Origin: Vezdaea acicularis
Taxonomy: Eukaryota
Direction: 5' to 3'
Assembly (NCBI GenBank): GCA_026025075.1
Contig: JAPEUI010000064.1
Coordinates: 1-64,000, forward strand
DNA length: 64,000 nucleotides
This document shows positions 43,584 through 56,895 of this stretch, one piece after another. Under the pieces are notes generated by a model. It saw only the letters and a list, made by a program, of their open reading frames with translations. It had not been told where the DNA came from and searched no databases. Within the stretch, counting starts at the first letter, position 1, and every line of letters begins with the position of its first letter. The translations under genes and the position numbers were made by a program.

Positions 43584-43999
43584 GTTGAATATCGGGTCAT
43601 TCGCGGCCAAGTTTTTCACTCTTCATGCTCCATATGCTTGAGGAAGCACATACATTTGTAGGCGTTGGAGGATTGCTTGTCAGGACACCGAATATGGTGG
43701 CGTGGGGGCGAGTCGCGAATTCAGACGCGAACGCGAATGACGCACGTCAAAGAGCCTAGAAGATACCGAGGCAGGCAGGAAACTGCGACAAAGTTAAGCA
43801 ACTAAACCAGAAGTCTCCCATTGTGAATCTACATTTTGGTGATGATTTTGTTTTAGTACAGGTGCTTTGGGCACGGAAATCTACTAGTTTATCAAGCCAA
43901 AACCCTTACAAGTACATTTTGTATGGATTTACGACAATCTTGCCTATAAAGTCCTTCTTCATGACCTAAGCGTCGAAACCATTTCCCTGCGCATCATCC

Positions 44000-44682
44000 T
44001 TACTCATCTTTCACACCGCCTCGTGCTCGCCGCTCAGCAGCTTCAATGCTCTTCTTATCCGTCTTAGGTTCCGCCGGCGTCAGGCCTGGGATCCCGCCCG
44101 TAGCTTTGAAAGGCCTTGCGATTTCCGGCATTCTATAGAGATGGATCTTCGTCAAATTACTCTCAAGAGCACCTTTGAGCGGAATAATAGATTGGATCAA
44201 CAAGGGATTCGTAAATTTGAAGTATAGGTGCATGACACCCATCATTCCAATCCCCATAAGCTGCGACTTGAACGCGCCCCGTAACTGAGAGAGGTCGTAG
44301 GCATGAATCGTAGTAGTGACTAGCTTTCCATCATCTGCTGAGCCCATCGCCGGAGGCTCCACATACTTCAAAGTTGTGCGATCTGCGCAAAATCAGTATG
44401 CTACAACAGGCCGGTTCACAAACTATGCTCGATCGCATGCTCACCTTTCTTCTTATTGATGTTATATCTATCGATGAGGTAAATTGCGACGATGATAAGA
44501 TTTGATAGGACATAGACTACCCGTATGAGCATCAAAATTTGTGGGTCCTCGAAATTAATCTTCTTGGAAGCCTGCATCATGAACAGGATGATTCCCAGAT
44601 TCGTTCTACCGCACCACGCAAGTTAGAGGCGAGTTGCGGAAACTAGAGCGCGAGCTTACATCTGTGGATTTACGCCCATCAT
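44000..44682 (-). CDS. PHO88: Pho88/Snd3 ER membrane protein; 3 exons
   Basis: MGVNPQI/TNLGIIL, TTLKYVEP, TTTIHAYD, MHLYFKFTNPLLIQSIIPLK. Confidence 0.94.
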
Positions 44683-45582
44683 CTTGAGACGCTGTACTCA
44701 AACTTTGCCTGAAGTAAGGGAGGAAAGAGTCGTGTAGTTTCGGCGCTGTTACTACACATGGACTTGCCCTGAATGAGAACTCTGGGGAGCGAGGGAATGT
44801 CGGGCTTTCTAGAAAAAAAAATAGTTGTCGGCTCGCGTTGGTCCGCATTTTTTAAATTTGCCGAGTGGAGCAGGCGGAGCGGAAGGACACATTCGCAATG
44901 ACGGAACCCGCGGTCAAAATGCTTCCGGGTGGCTCAATGTCAATTTTCTAAATTAACTTTTAATCTTCCAATTTTATTAGGAAATTTTAAGTTCGATATT
45001 GTAAAGCGCTGTTGCTTTAGTATTATCGATCTTCGTACTCACAGAGTAAAAGAAGTGTGAGGCGTCAACGCTTAAGAGACTCGGCTTGACGGAGAGTCGG
45101 CGGACATGTCCCGCGATGTAGAAGCTAGTGGTACTAAAAGGGTATTAGTAGACTATCGCAGGCTTTATAATATATGTTCATACGATTGAGTACTATGGAT
45201 CCTATCTTACTGCATTTCCATGCGGGTTTATTCACACTAGGCCATATGATACAAGCGTTGCGCGGGAATAGAGGAGGAATATTGTTGTCTTCGAGTATAA
45301 CCGACTGTGATGCACTCGCCATTTTAGACGTTTGATTTCACTTCGGAGATACCTATTGCTGACTTCTACAGGAATGCTGACGATCATCCTCAAGAGGTCT
45401 GTATGGTGAGGAGCATCCAAGCCCTAAATCTACCAGCCTTTTCCATATTCACGCCTTACCCCCTCTTGATGGACATATGCATATCTGCGATCACCTATGA
45501 ATATTCGACCCTTTCGACAAGATAAGTTGGACGCCTACCAACGCAACGCCGGAGAACGCCATCAAATCCGCCAAAATGCCAG

Positions 45583-46978
45583 CTACCGCTTATGGCCATG
45601 TTCCATCAGCTCCACGCCGTTCCGGACAACTCCAATGGCTCCTCCGGTTTGGACCGTCTCACTGCCCCCACCACTCAGTCTGAACTCAACATCTGCCAAC
45701 CCTTCCAGCCAAGTGACTTTAGTCTGTGCTGGCACATCAAGCTCAACCAGTCTTTCCCCTAGCGCAGTCAGTATGTCCGCCAAAGCCAAGCCTTTGTTTG
45801 ACTTCAACGTATTGATGGTTGCGAGACAACTTGTGACGTTTGACGTAGACAGTAGTGTGCTGAGGATGACTTCTATATCTTCCGGGTGAGGTGCAGCGAT
45901 ACAGTCATAAATGGTATCGTTGGTTATGAGTTCTCGCGTCACCGTCGAAGGGTCGGGTGGCGGCTGACCTTTAATGTGAAGAGGTGTGCCTTTCATGTGT
46001 TAGCAAAGTCATGGTGAAGTAAATGATCTGCACTTACTGCTAGCATGACAAGCCTGCAGCACGTTCAGTGCCCTTCTCATATCCCCCTTGCTTAAGGTGA
46101 CGAGCGACTCGACAGCATCTGGGGCAATCTGGACACTTTCCTTCTCGATGACCTGATCCACCAGCCACCTGATATCCGCCTCTTTCAAAGGGCTAAACCT
46201 AAACCTTGTGCACCTAGATAGCAGGGCAGGCGCAAGTTTATGGGTATAGTTCGCGATTATGCAAAATCTTGTATTGGCAGTATACTTCTCCATAATACGT
46301 CGAAGAGCCATCTGCGCTGTCGAAGTCATTGCATCCGCTTCATCGAGGATGATCAGTTTGTAAGAGGCAAGAGAGACATGATCCCCGGGTTTCTGTGCTG
46401 CAGTGAAGATTTGCTTCGTGCCTTGTGAAGTAAGCGCTAATCTCTGTCACAAGGACGATAAGCTCTCACTGGCAAAGGTTTTAATCTGTTCTCGTACGAC
46501 GTCAATGCCTCGGTCGTCCGAAGCATTCAGCTCAAGCACCATCTGACGCATGTTCTTCACGCCATATATCTTGCGCGCCAATGCCAATATTGTTGATGTT
46601 TTGCCTGTGCCAGGAGGTCCATAAAGCAGAAGATGAGGAAGGCGCTGTCGATTTGTTAATTCTGCTCATTCACGAACTGGATAGAGCCATACATTCGAGT
46701 CAATAAACTTGTTGATAGTAGCTAGAATATCCTGGTGTCCAGACACATCATTTAAAGTGTCTGGCCGGTATTTCTCAACCCTAGAAGGAGTCAGAAACTA
46801 TGCGTGGATTTCAGACTTGGGCCTGGCAGACGTACCACGGCAGACTATCTTCCGCGGCGACGGGCAAGTTCGCCGCACTCCTCTTTCCATTGCTGCCTAT
46901 GTTGTTGGAATTAAATTTTATCTCATCATCCACCCTGGCCGGGTCGTCCATATCCATCTCATCATCAATGTCTGCCAT
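45583..46978 (-). CDS. RFC3: Replication factor C small subunit (yeast Rfc3/human RFC5); 5 exons
   Basis: [54 protein letters not shown] motif, GDMRRALN. Confidence 0.95.
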
Positions 46979-47058
46979 TTTTCCAAATTCCTGGTTGGCA
47001 TAAAATGGAATAAAAACAAATTGCAATGAAGATTACCGTATACCTTTAACTCTGGGTG

Positions 47059-47069
47059 ACGCGACGCGT
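47059..47069. promoter_or_regulatory. Overlapping MCB-like elements (ACGCGACGCGT) in the RFC3/ARC18 divergent promoter
   Basis: Exact ACGCGT at 47064-47069, ~85 bp upstream of a replication gene; MBF control of G1/S genes is established in ascomycetes. Confidence 0.6.
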
Positions 47070-47190
47070 AGAGAGGTTCAAAAATTGCGTAATCTGTTCT
47101 GGCGCTCGCCGTAGGAAACCCATACTTCGAAGCAGCAATCATTACGAAGAAAACCGAACTCATAAAGTTACATAACAGATTGCAGCAGCT

Positions 47191-47966
47191 ATGCCGGTGA
47201 GTCATCTTTCCAGCTAATATATATTCATTCAGAATTGACACTAACTCATTATATCAGGCCTACCACTCGGTTTTCAACGATGACCCTAATATCAGAATAA
47301 TCGGTACTGCATAACCCCTCCATTTGGTTGTCTCCTGCTGACTGCTCAGGCAATCTCGCCCTCCTTCCACTTCGCACACGTACGAGAGGGCCGGCATATA
47401 CACTTCCTGCGTTAGCCGCCGGGAGCGATCTCATGGTCTCTCCCGACAGCGAGTCTTTCGACCCGTTAGACGAAGTTCTAGATCTATTTCGTGCGAATAC
47501 CTTCTTTCGCAACTTTGAAATCAAAGGGCCTGCTGATCGGCTCCTCATATATGGCATTCTGTTCGTGACGGAGGCTTTGGGAAAGATTCGGCCGTCGATG
47601 GATCGTAGAGAGGCCGAGAAGGCAGTGACGAACGTGGCATTAGATCAATTTGCTATTCCGGGAGAGCCAGCTTTCCCGCTGAACCAGAACTTTGAGGCGC
47701 CAACCGACAAGAATGACGCAGAGACCTTGCGGCAGTAAGTGTTGAAGACTCGATCGTCACGGACCAGCTCTGACTTTGCAGATATCTTTCTCAGGTACGT
47801 CAGGAGCTCGGCATTAGGCTGCTCGGACGCATATATGCTACGGATAGTAAGGTACCTTCAAAGGTATGGGTATCCCACCTTGAGCTCACTAGAGCCTTCA
47901 GAAATTAACCTTTCGTAGTGGTGGCTGAGTTTTACGAAGAGAAAATTTATGAATAAATCACTTTAG
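47191..47966 (+). CDS. ARC18: Arp2/3 complex p21 subunit (ARPC3); 5 exons
   Basis: MP/AYHSVF, LPLRTRTRGPA, FRANTFFRNFEIKGPADRLLIY, PSK/WWLSFTKRKFMNKSL. Confidence 0.97.
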
Positions 47967-48071
47967 CATATTCGAGGACAAGGAAAGGGTTAATGGAATT
48001 TTTTCGGACAACGCTTTGCCATGAGACGTGAAGGTTCGTGCTCTTGCACACAAAAGCCGTTTCATAGAAGA

Positions 48072-49931
48072 TCATGGGCTTCCCGCCCAACTATCGTTAT
48101 TTATTACTTCCATCTCGTCGTCCATGCCGTCCGCTAGAGACACGATAGGCTTTCCATTCTGCTCTTCATTTATTTTTCTCCTCTTGAACTTCCCTCTTGC
48201 TTCTACTTTGCCATCTGCTGGTATCACTCTTGTGGCTGTAAACAGAAAGCCTTCAGCACCGCCTTTGCCAGTCATCACCGGATGCGTCCTACCAGGCAAA
48301 CACTGCCATGGTCTGAGTCTAACGGTTTGTACGACAGGTGCTAACAAGTGTGTCGGGTTTACTGGGAAGTCCTCTTGAGGAAGGGAGATTCCTTCCGCTT
48401 TCGCGGTCACGAAAGCGGTCCGCCGGGATGTTGAGTATAGATCAGCTAGCTCGACTAGTGGCTCTATTGTTGGCGAATATACCACAACAGGCGCAGAACC
48501 ACGTAGTAGTGGTACTGTGTGTTGTAGTATGCTACCAGGAGGCATATTGGATGCCACAATCAGTCCATCGAAGCCGCCATTCCGTGTTTCGTCGACTACA
48601 CTCTTCACACGCTGCCAACGCCTGCGTTTACGATAGTGTGTTGCTCGCTTCCCGCTCTTAAAGGACTGAAGGGTTTCCTCGTCGATCTCTGGTGGTTCTG
48701 CATATCCCATGTCTTCTTCTGGAGCAAGTAGCTGAAGCCATGATACCGTCTTCAAATGTGCATGAAGCGGATGAGATGGATTCGGAGTATTTGTTTCATA
48801 ATGGAAGTATTTGAGTAGTGAGAGATTTGGTTGTGCATTCGCATGAATGAGAGTTATTGTGTTGTGAGTGGCTGACATGGCAGCGACTGGTGGACGCTGT
48901 CTTCTCCTTTTAGGGAGAATAGCCTCCAATACTTGATCGGGCGTGTCCCCATCTCCTGTGGCGTACGGTAAGCTTTTTCGCCTCTCTGGTGGACTGTACA
49001 TATCACTATCCTCTGCTTCGTCATCATCTCGAGGCGGAAGTAAAATACCCATACGCTCAGCAATTGACGCAACAAGAAGTCCACCAGTTTCGTCAATTAT
49101 AAGCCATCTGCCAGACCCTGTCATATTGGCAATATCATCCATTGAATGTCCCTCGTCCCCACAGTAGTGCACATTTGCCCAACTATTGATAAGACTCATC
49201 GTTTCATCTTTGCACTCAAGGATCTTCAATGGCTCTCTGTCCATCGTTATCCACTGTGTCAACAATGGCACATCGAGGGGAAGTATGGTGAACCTCCGTA
49301 AGTACTTCTTTGTCTTCCTCAAAGTGTACTTTGCCAACGAAAATGTTGTCTTTTGATCTAATGCCGAGTGTGATGACATCAGCTTTGCGATAATATCTTT
49401 CCCCCCTCCGGTGCTGTCTTTTTTGAGTGTCTCAATCTCTTCCATAGAAAGCCTTTGTCTGGTAGGATCGTCGATTGTCTGCCGATTGGTCCGCATGACA
49501 ACTTCCCCATTCTCTCCGACCACCTCATATTCTACCCCATCCCCTCCATCGAGCAATCTTGATTCCGCCGCATCGCTAGGAGTAGACGAAGAATCGGCTA
49601 TGACGCTTTCGTGTAGCTCGGCAGCGGTGACGATGCGCAACTCAGCATGACTATGACCGGGTTGTTTGTCGAGTATCTCGTAAGTAACATGGTAGGGTCG
49701 ACTTAATATACGGTTTGCTGGAAAAGAGCCAAATTTACCGATGGATACATTTCTTTCGGACCGTGGTTCAGTCAAGGCTCTAGAGAAGGGAGGATAGGAA
49801 AATGAAAGTAAAGCTGATGCTCACTCGGATTAATGCACATACGTATTGGGTGCAATCTGGATAACTTTCAGGCTATCTGACGCGAGCCTTAACCCGACGA
49901 AGTCGTGAGGCTGGACGACTGAATGTTGCAT
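48072..49931 (-). CDS. TRM6: tRNA m1A58 methyltransferase non-catalytic subunit; 2 exons
   Basis: SIGKFGSF, QRLSMEEIETLKK, KTTFSLAKY..RK.KKY, DETGGLLVASIAERMG, RPWQCLPGRTHPVMT. Confidence 0.94.
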
Positions 49932-50570
49932 GGCCTAAAGACCGAAATGCAACTACTTCGGGGAACGTAGTTCTTCTGGAGGCCCTCCGGCCCCAAAGTT
50001 GTGCGAGGGGTGTCAGTGCGATCTAGACCGCCTGCGGCCTTGCCAGCGTCATTTGCTTGGCGCGTCATTCCTAATTCGTGCCCTTGCGTATTCTTGCTTC
50101 AAGTTATCGCCGCGTAAGCCACTCGACCCAACCTTACTGCGCGACCATAGAGTAAACACCCGGAAGAAGTTCGCCAGCCGCCCACAATTAGCACATCGCC
50201 ATCTGTGCTGGCCGCGCAAACATTGGGGACGGCTGAATCGAAAGGCGCTGGGGTCAGTCGTGGCACATGCTTGCGCACGTCTCGTTTGTTATACGCCACT
50301 GTGGCTGATGCCTTTAGGTGTATAACTGCGCTCCGCAGTCAACTCTCCTACTTCTCTGAAAGTAAGAGCCCATTCACTCGAACACCGCTTCCTCTTAGAA
50401 AGTATGAGGCAAAGTGTCCCGGGTCGACAAAGATCAACGACGCTCCCATACCTCGCACATCACCTTGTTCAAGGCTCATGGGAGATCGAAGTCGAATGAA
50501 AGGGTAATCCACCTAGCATAGATCCTGAACCCTCCCTTCCTTGGTACACCGAACGCAACGCCAAGTCCAC

Positions 50571-53500
50571 ATGCTTAGCGCTGTAAAGATGAAGATGACT
50601 CGGAAGCCAGTCACCAAAGCATCTGAGGACGAACATCTCGGGTTGCCAACTAGTGGGAGCAATCTGCCGTACCCTCTTACTCCTATCTCAGGGGACCAAA
50701 GCTCCGATGACGAATGGGACGACGCAGCACATCCTCTTCATAAACCAGCGACTCACACAGCGTCCCCAGATCAGGGTCCTTTGGAGAAGCCAGATGCGCG
50801 TGAGGTAGAGTCGAAGGCTGCAAATGGTGTGAAAGAAGGCAATGGCCAAACCGTCAATGCCGTCCCATTAGCATTAAGACCTGGCGAGGGTAGGAGAAGC
50901 ACAGAAAGAGCTCGAGACGAAGGCAGCCTGCCAGAGTCTCTCCGAGTAGGACCTTCTAGAGATCCTCCCCAAGCCCCTCCAGAACAAAACCAACGTTGTA
51001 GCCCATCTCCACGGCCAATCTGGATGAGTGCTGCTTTAGACGAAAGGCAGGCTACGACAGCATACCAGCCCCAGTCCTCTTCCAACCCATATCTACGCTC
51101 TCAAAATACTGGGTCAAGTAAGACCTCTGATATAGGGGAGAGCAGCGCGAATGCCTGGATGAATAACGATGGAGTGCCTACATTGCATGGGGATGAGAAG
51201 GAACCAAAAGGTTAGTTGAATTCAAATAATGCAGCTTGAATTTACAAGCTAACGATTTCTATAGATAATGCTTTGAGTGACACCGTCTCAGGGCTATCGA
51301 TGTTTGATCCGTTCTCACCGTTCTATAGCCCCTTTGCCTCCCACGACTCAGAGAAAAGGGCTGAAAATGCCCCGGAGCCTCTGGGCCCCCTCGAAGAATC
51401 AGGGACCTCATCGTCGAATCAATCCCGCATACCGGCCTCTCGGTCACAGTCGGCTTCTAGCACTGGTCATAGGATAGAAGGCCGTGAATCTGTGACTTCG
51501 ATTGCCTCACATAGAACCAACTCTTCAATTGGCTGGGACCCAGGTGCGGACGTTTCCACGTTTGATGCCTGGACTTCGAGAGGCCAGGGTCTTCCAGGAG
51601 TAGCAGAGGATGAGGAAAATCACGACATACCTCAGACCTGGGAGCAACAGCAAGAGAAGGATCGGTTGGGTCGGGAAAGACGAGCCGGCGAAACGGCTGC
51701 TGCGTTTGAGAGAGCCCAGAAGAAGGAGAGGGAACGTCTCGCAGAGGAGGAATGGTTTCAGGGTGAACAAGATGCTCTCAGAAACAGCCAGTCAGCAGCG
51801 GGCCCTCCAGCTACCTCTTCTTTGCAGACACGAGACTTTGAAGCGGCACCAGCATTACCTCCTCGACCACCAGTAGAGGCTTCACGGACGGAACCTGCAG
51901 TAGCCTCCACAACAAAGAAAACTACCGAAACTTATCAAATAAAACACATCACCTGGCTCGATGTGAATAATTCTCCTCAAAAAATGCGAAAGTCTCCTAT
52001 ATTACTTCAAAACGCAAACGGTCCATGCCCCTTGCTCGCGTTAGTCAATGCTCTGACCCTATCAACGCCACCGGGTTTAAAGACCTCTCTGATAGAAACG
52101 CTTCGACTACGGGAGCAGGTCTCTTTAGGGTTACTGCTTGATGCCGTCTTCGATGAGCTTATGTCTGGCCGACGCGGTGATGCCGCCCAGGGGCTTCCGG
52201 ACGTTGGCGAACTTTATTCGTTTCTTTTGGCATTGCACACTGGGATGAACGTGAACCCCCGCTTCATCCCCTTAGCTGTGCCCGCCCCTAATATTATGGA
52301 TATCCCTCTTGGTGACCCGTTAGATGCAGCGCTTCCAGTTGTTGACCAGAAGCTTGGTGGGTTTGAAAATAGCCGAGAGTTACGGCTTTATGGCACCTTT
52401 TCTGTCCCCCTTATACATGGTTGGCTTCCGGAAAAAGACGAGCCAGCAGAAAGGGCATTGGGGCGTGCAGCAAATACATATGAAGATTCACAAAACCTTA
52501 TGTTCCGAGAAGAGGAGCTTGAAGATAAGCTACATGCTCATGGGCTCAACGATGAAGAACAACAGCTCCTTGAAGATATATCGACAATTAAGGCATTTCT
52601 AACGCGTTCTGCGACTCAACTGACCCAGTCCGGTTTGGACAGAATGACTAAGTCGCTTCAGCCGGGCGCCATTGCAATATTGTTTCGAAATGACCATTTT
52701 AGTACATTGTATAAGCATCCACAATCCGCACAGTTACTAACTTTGGTTACTGATATGGGCTATGCTGGACATGAAGAAGTGGTTTGGGAAAGTCTTGTGG
52801 ACGTCAATGGAGAAAATTGTGAATTTTTCTCAGGGGATTTTAGACCTGTCGGTAACCTTGTTGGCGGTAGTCAGCCCTCGTCGTCGAGAGCCCAACAAGT
52901 TCGGAGCCTACTTGATGAAGAAGAAGATGATGGCTGGACCACAGTTGATAGGCGCGGCAAAGGAAAGAAGACGACTTCCGCTCAGTCTACCGGAGTCATT
53001 GGTAGAGGGGAACCAGCAAGGGGACTGAACACCAATTACTCTGAGAATGAGTCCGGCAAGGCGTCTACGAAAAGTAGGGAGCAAGAGGACCACGACTTGG
53101 CATTAGCTATGCAACTTCAAGAGGAGGAAGAGGATCGCAATCGACGGGAGACAGAAGCTCGGCGGCGAGAGGAGAACCTTTCGCGCCAATTCCTTTCCCA
53201 AGAGACTGTAGAAAATCCTCCTCAGACGCCACCGCGCCAACGTCGGGGAAGTCGTAGGAGCGGTCAAACAGTTCGACCACTTGTACCACCTGCGACAGCA
53301 CCACATGTCGATGGGCCTGATGCCCCCCCTCCTTCATATGAACAGGCTGCCAGCACCCGACCCTTTATTCCCTCATCTGATCATCCAGCATTTACTGGTA
53401 CCCCCACGAGTCGAATCTCCTCAGGCCGTCAAGCCAGCGCCTACACACAGAACTCGTCCAATTTTGTATTACCAGCTCAAGCTTCTGGAGCAAATGCCTC

Positions 53501-53684
53501 AAGGCGTCCCCCAACACGGGTGAATGGCGTGAGAGATCAGGCTAGGGCCTTGCTCAATGAAGTGCAACAGGCTGGGGCCGCTGCACCTGCTATGGGCGTT
53601 CGAAGGAGGCAAAGTGGCGGTATAACACCAAATCCGGCGGTCCAAGGAGATGTGCAGAGGGACAAGGATTGCATTGTTATGTGA
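50571..53684 (+). CDS. MINDY-family (DUF544, Miy1-like) deubiquitinase; intron 51211-51264
   Basis: QNANGPCPLLA (catalytic Cys), LIHGWL, FRNDHFST (His), MIU-like DHDLALAMQLQEEE, terminal CIVM; start may be 50589 or 50595. Confidence 0.92.
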
Positions 53685-53955
53685 AATAGCATATCGTCAA
53701 GCGTCCGGAGTTGGTAGCGCCTCTTTGCCTAGTTGTCCTAGGGAATGGGAGGATCTTGGTAGCTTGGTTCATCTATAAAACACAAGATTTAGTAAACGCC
53801 CCAAGGCCAAGTTGCTGTTCACCCAAATGCTGGATGCTGTGGCCCGGAGCTTAATTCCGTCCCAAGACTGAACTCTGCGAGGTCATCCTGCGTTCCCACA
53901 AGAACTCACAAGTGTATTACGTAGTTCTGAATATGCAATGGAAACTTGCAAGAAA

Positions 53956-55131
53956 TCAGATGTCCAAAACCCTGTCCCAATCCATGTCTGAGCCAGCAGG
54001 CCGGAATTCTACACCGTCTGCAAAATATCCCGCATCTCGCCACTGCATCATCATATCACCTGCGTAAGGGCCATGCACTTGTCCATCTGCGAATCGATAT
54101 TCCCAATCCCTGTCTTCTTCCTTCCTATCCACCCAATCTTCCCCTGTTTCTTTCCGGTACTGTCGGATCAGCAATTCCCGCTCTGCCTCATAGATCTCCG
54201 TTTGGCCTCTTGTAAATAATTGATCCGCTGCACCAGTGATAGCCTCAATAGCATCTTTCTTGTCCCCTTTCTCGTTCTTCTTTCGTCCTTTCCCCAGTCG
54301 TGCCAACGCCTCAAGCACAGTTTCTCCCCTGTTCAGCCGTCGTATTAGGGTTGTCAAGATATCTTTTGTTAGAACTTGGTCATCTTGTAGTCTCTTGGCT
54401 CGCACTTCTTCCTCCCGCTTTTCAGCAGCCTCAGCCGCCCTCTTCATGTCCTTTTTGCTTACACCTTCTAACCAGGAGTCATGTATAGCATCCGGGTCTG
54501 CTGCTTTCCGAATATAATTCTGCTGCTCGTCGAATCGCCCTTCCTCATGCTCCTTCTTCATGTTGAATGCATCAATAGTCGGCGCGTTCTTCTTGAGACC
54601 ACCAGCTCCTACTTCTTCATCAATATCTTCCTCCTCTTCCTCATCTTCGCTTTCGCTATCGCTGGCATGCTTTCCATTTAAGGGTAATTTGACATGACCT
54701 CCTTCTTTACTATCATCTTCTTGTCCATCAATTTTATCCTCATCTAGAAATCTGACCTTGACCTTCTTATTTTTCTCTCCTTCTACATCGGATTCTTCCT
54801 CAGCCAGGTCTGCAAACATGTCGTTCTCCTCCTCGAGGCTAGACCTCTCCGCTCTGACCCTAGCATCCGCCCGTCCGTTGAAGCCCTCGTTGGAGCTATC
54901 CGAGTCATATCCGTCAATGTTGACGGCATTACGTTTGGTTTGTGCACCAGACTTGCCAACCTCGTCAAGCTCTAGCACCGCGTCTTCCTCTGGCGCATCT
55001 GGCGCAAGCGCGGAGGGGTTTCGGATATCAAATCGAGGTTTCTTGGACGAATTGCTGCTTTCGCCATGATGCACTCGCGCGAACGCTTCAGCAGCCCTTT
55101 TAGGACGTGCGGCTTGAGGCCGACCAGCCAT
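53956..55131 (-). CDS. LIN1: LIN1/CD2BP2 (U5-52K) GYF-domain protein
   Basis: IDAFNMKKEHEEGRFD, HDSWL, ETVLEALARLG, C-terminal WEY..HGPY..MMQWRDAGYF. Confidence 0.93.
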   Translation of the reverse strand: MAGRPQAARPKRAAEAFARVHHGESSNSSKKPRFDIRNPSALAPDAPEEDAVLELDEVGKSGAQTKRNAVNIDGYDSDSSNEGFNGRADARVRAERSSLEEENDMFADLAEEESDVEGEKNKKVKVRFLDEDKIDGQEDDSKEGGHVKLPLNGKHASDSESEDEEEEEDIDEEVGAGGLKKNAPTIDAFNMKKEHEEGRFDEQQNYIRKAADPDAIHDSWLEGVSKKDMKRAAEAAEKREEEVRAKRLQDDQVLTKDILTTLIRRLNRGETVLEALARLGKGRKKNEKGDKKDAIEAITGAADQLFTRGQTEIYEAERELLIRQYRKETGEDWVDRKEEDRDWEYRFADGQVHGPYAGDMMMQWRDAGYFADGVEFRPAGSDMDWDRVLDI

Positions 55132-55603
55132 GATCGACGAGTTGAAGCTTTGCTGTCCCTGGTAGTTTCACGCTACTTCCACTCTCAAACCCATAAGGCC
55201 AACCCCCAGCTGGCATGGAAAATAATGCGGTTCTCCAAGGAATCGATTATATCTGAATGGCAGCTCAAGTCTGTAGTCATGGATTAGTAACAATCGATCA
55301 ACCGTTTTCTTGTTCGTGGATAGCACGTGCTTGCGCAAATATAGGAGTGATTCATACACTATGTGTTCAGAAAATGAGTGGCAATAATAGTCTGAATTGA
55401 TACCTCTACATCCTGTCTCTTTCTAGTCAAACCTTTGGCTCATTAATCTCATCCACCTTGCGAAATTGGGGCCTTAGCGGCTCTGCTGGCGTCATTGGTG
55501 TTGCCTCACTGCAACCGAAAAGCTCAAACTCTATGAAGATCGAGCTCCAAGCTGCAGCTGCAAACCTGAAAGAGTCCACCAAAAATCTATAGGGCTGGGC
55601 ATC

Positions 55604-56895
55604 ATGGTACTTGTTCTCTGTCCCTGACCTACCTCAAGGCTTACGTATTTGTAGTTTAACCCAGGTTTTTACGTTCCCGATCCCGATGATCCCATGGCGA
55701 TGTATCCGCCGTCGATGATGCGCCGGAATGGCCCTCGCAGGCGCTTCGACGAATACTACCGCTGCTACCCAGTTGCTATGCTCCCAGGACCAGATCGTCA
55801 GAATGTTACCCATGGCGGAAAGGTCTTCATGCCGCCGAGTGCGCTTGACAAGCTTACTCGGCTAGAGATTACATATCCTATGCTTTTCGAGCTCATCAAC
55901 GGGTCGAAAGATAGGATGACACACGCTGGAGTGTTGGAGTTCATTGCGGAAGAAGGCAAGATCTATCTTCCATACTGGGTAAGTACAGAAGGTACACTTG
56001 GCATTGCTAGAGCTGATGTGTCTAGATGATGCAAACACTCCTGCTCGAACCCGGTGATTTACTCCAAATCAAATCAACAGACCTGCCTTCAGGTTCCTTC
56101 ATCAAGCTCCAGCCTCAATCAACCGCGTTTCTCGATATCACAGATCCGAAGGCTGTACTCGAGAAGGCCATGAGGGACTTTGCCTGCCTAACCAAAGGCG
56201 ACGTCTTCTCCTTCTCATATAACAACCAGGTCTACGAAATAGCAGTTCTTGAAACCAAACCACATTCCGAGAAAAACGCAATATGCGTGCTAGAGACAGA
56301 TCTTGAAGTCGACTTCGCAGCACCGCTTGGATACGTCGAGCCGACAAGAGAGAAGAGTAGCGGTACAAGCACTCCACGGAGTATTGGAGGCGCAGGTGTT
56401 CCTACCGGAGGCCTGTTGCACAATCATGGCTCCATGGCGCAAGCTATAAACTATTCATCTATTGCTCCATCCTCAAATGCAGCTGTAGCAGGGTCAAAGG
56501 CTACTTCCTCCAACTTCTTGACTGGAGGCCAAAAATTGTCCAAGAAAGGCAGCAAAAATAGCACTCCAGTGAAACCTTCTACCCCTGTAGCTGGGCTGTC
56601 GTCAAACGCTCCACCCCCTCTAGCTCTGCGGAAGACAAATGGTCCTCAGCCTCTACGTCTACCACTCGGAAAACTGTTCTTCGGGTATGAAATCAGGCCA
56701 GTCAAGAAGACCGACGAAGAAAAGGAGAATGACCCGGAACAGCCAAGGTTCCAAGGGGCAGGACACACGCTTAGAGCAGGTGCAAAGAGAAAGAGTGCCG
56801 ACACTGACTCAGCGCCTAAATCTAAATCGAAAGACTCGGAGAAGAATACTGCAACTGGTGGTCAGAGACTGGGTGGACGACGAGATGTGAAATGA
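55604..56895 (+). CDS. UFD1: Ubiquitin fusion degradation protein Ufd1; introns 55607-55654 and ~55979-56026
   Basis: FDEYYRCYP, GGKVFMPPSALDKL, YPMLFEL, THAGVLEFIAEEG, FLDITDPKAVLE, SHP-like FQGAGHTL. Confidence 0.96.
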
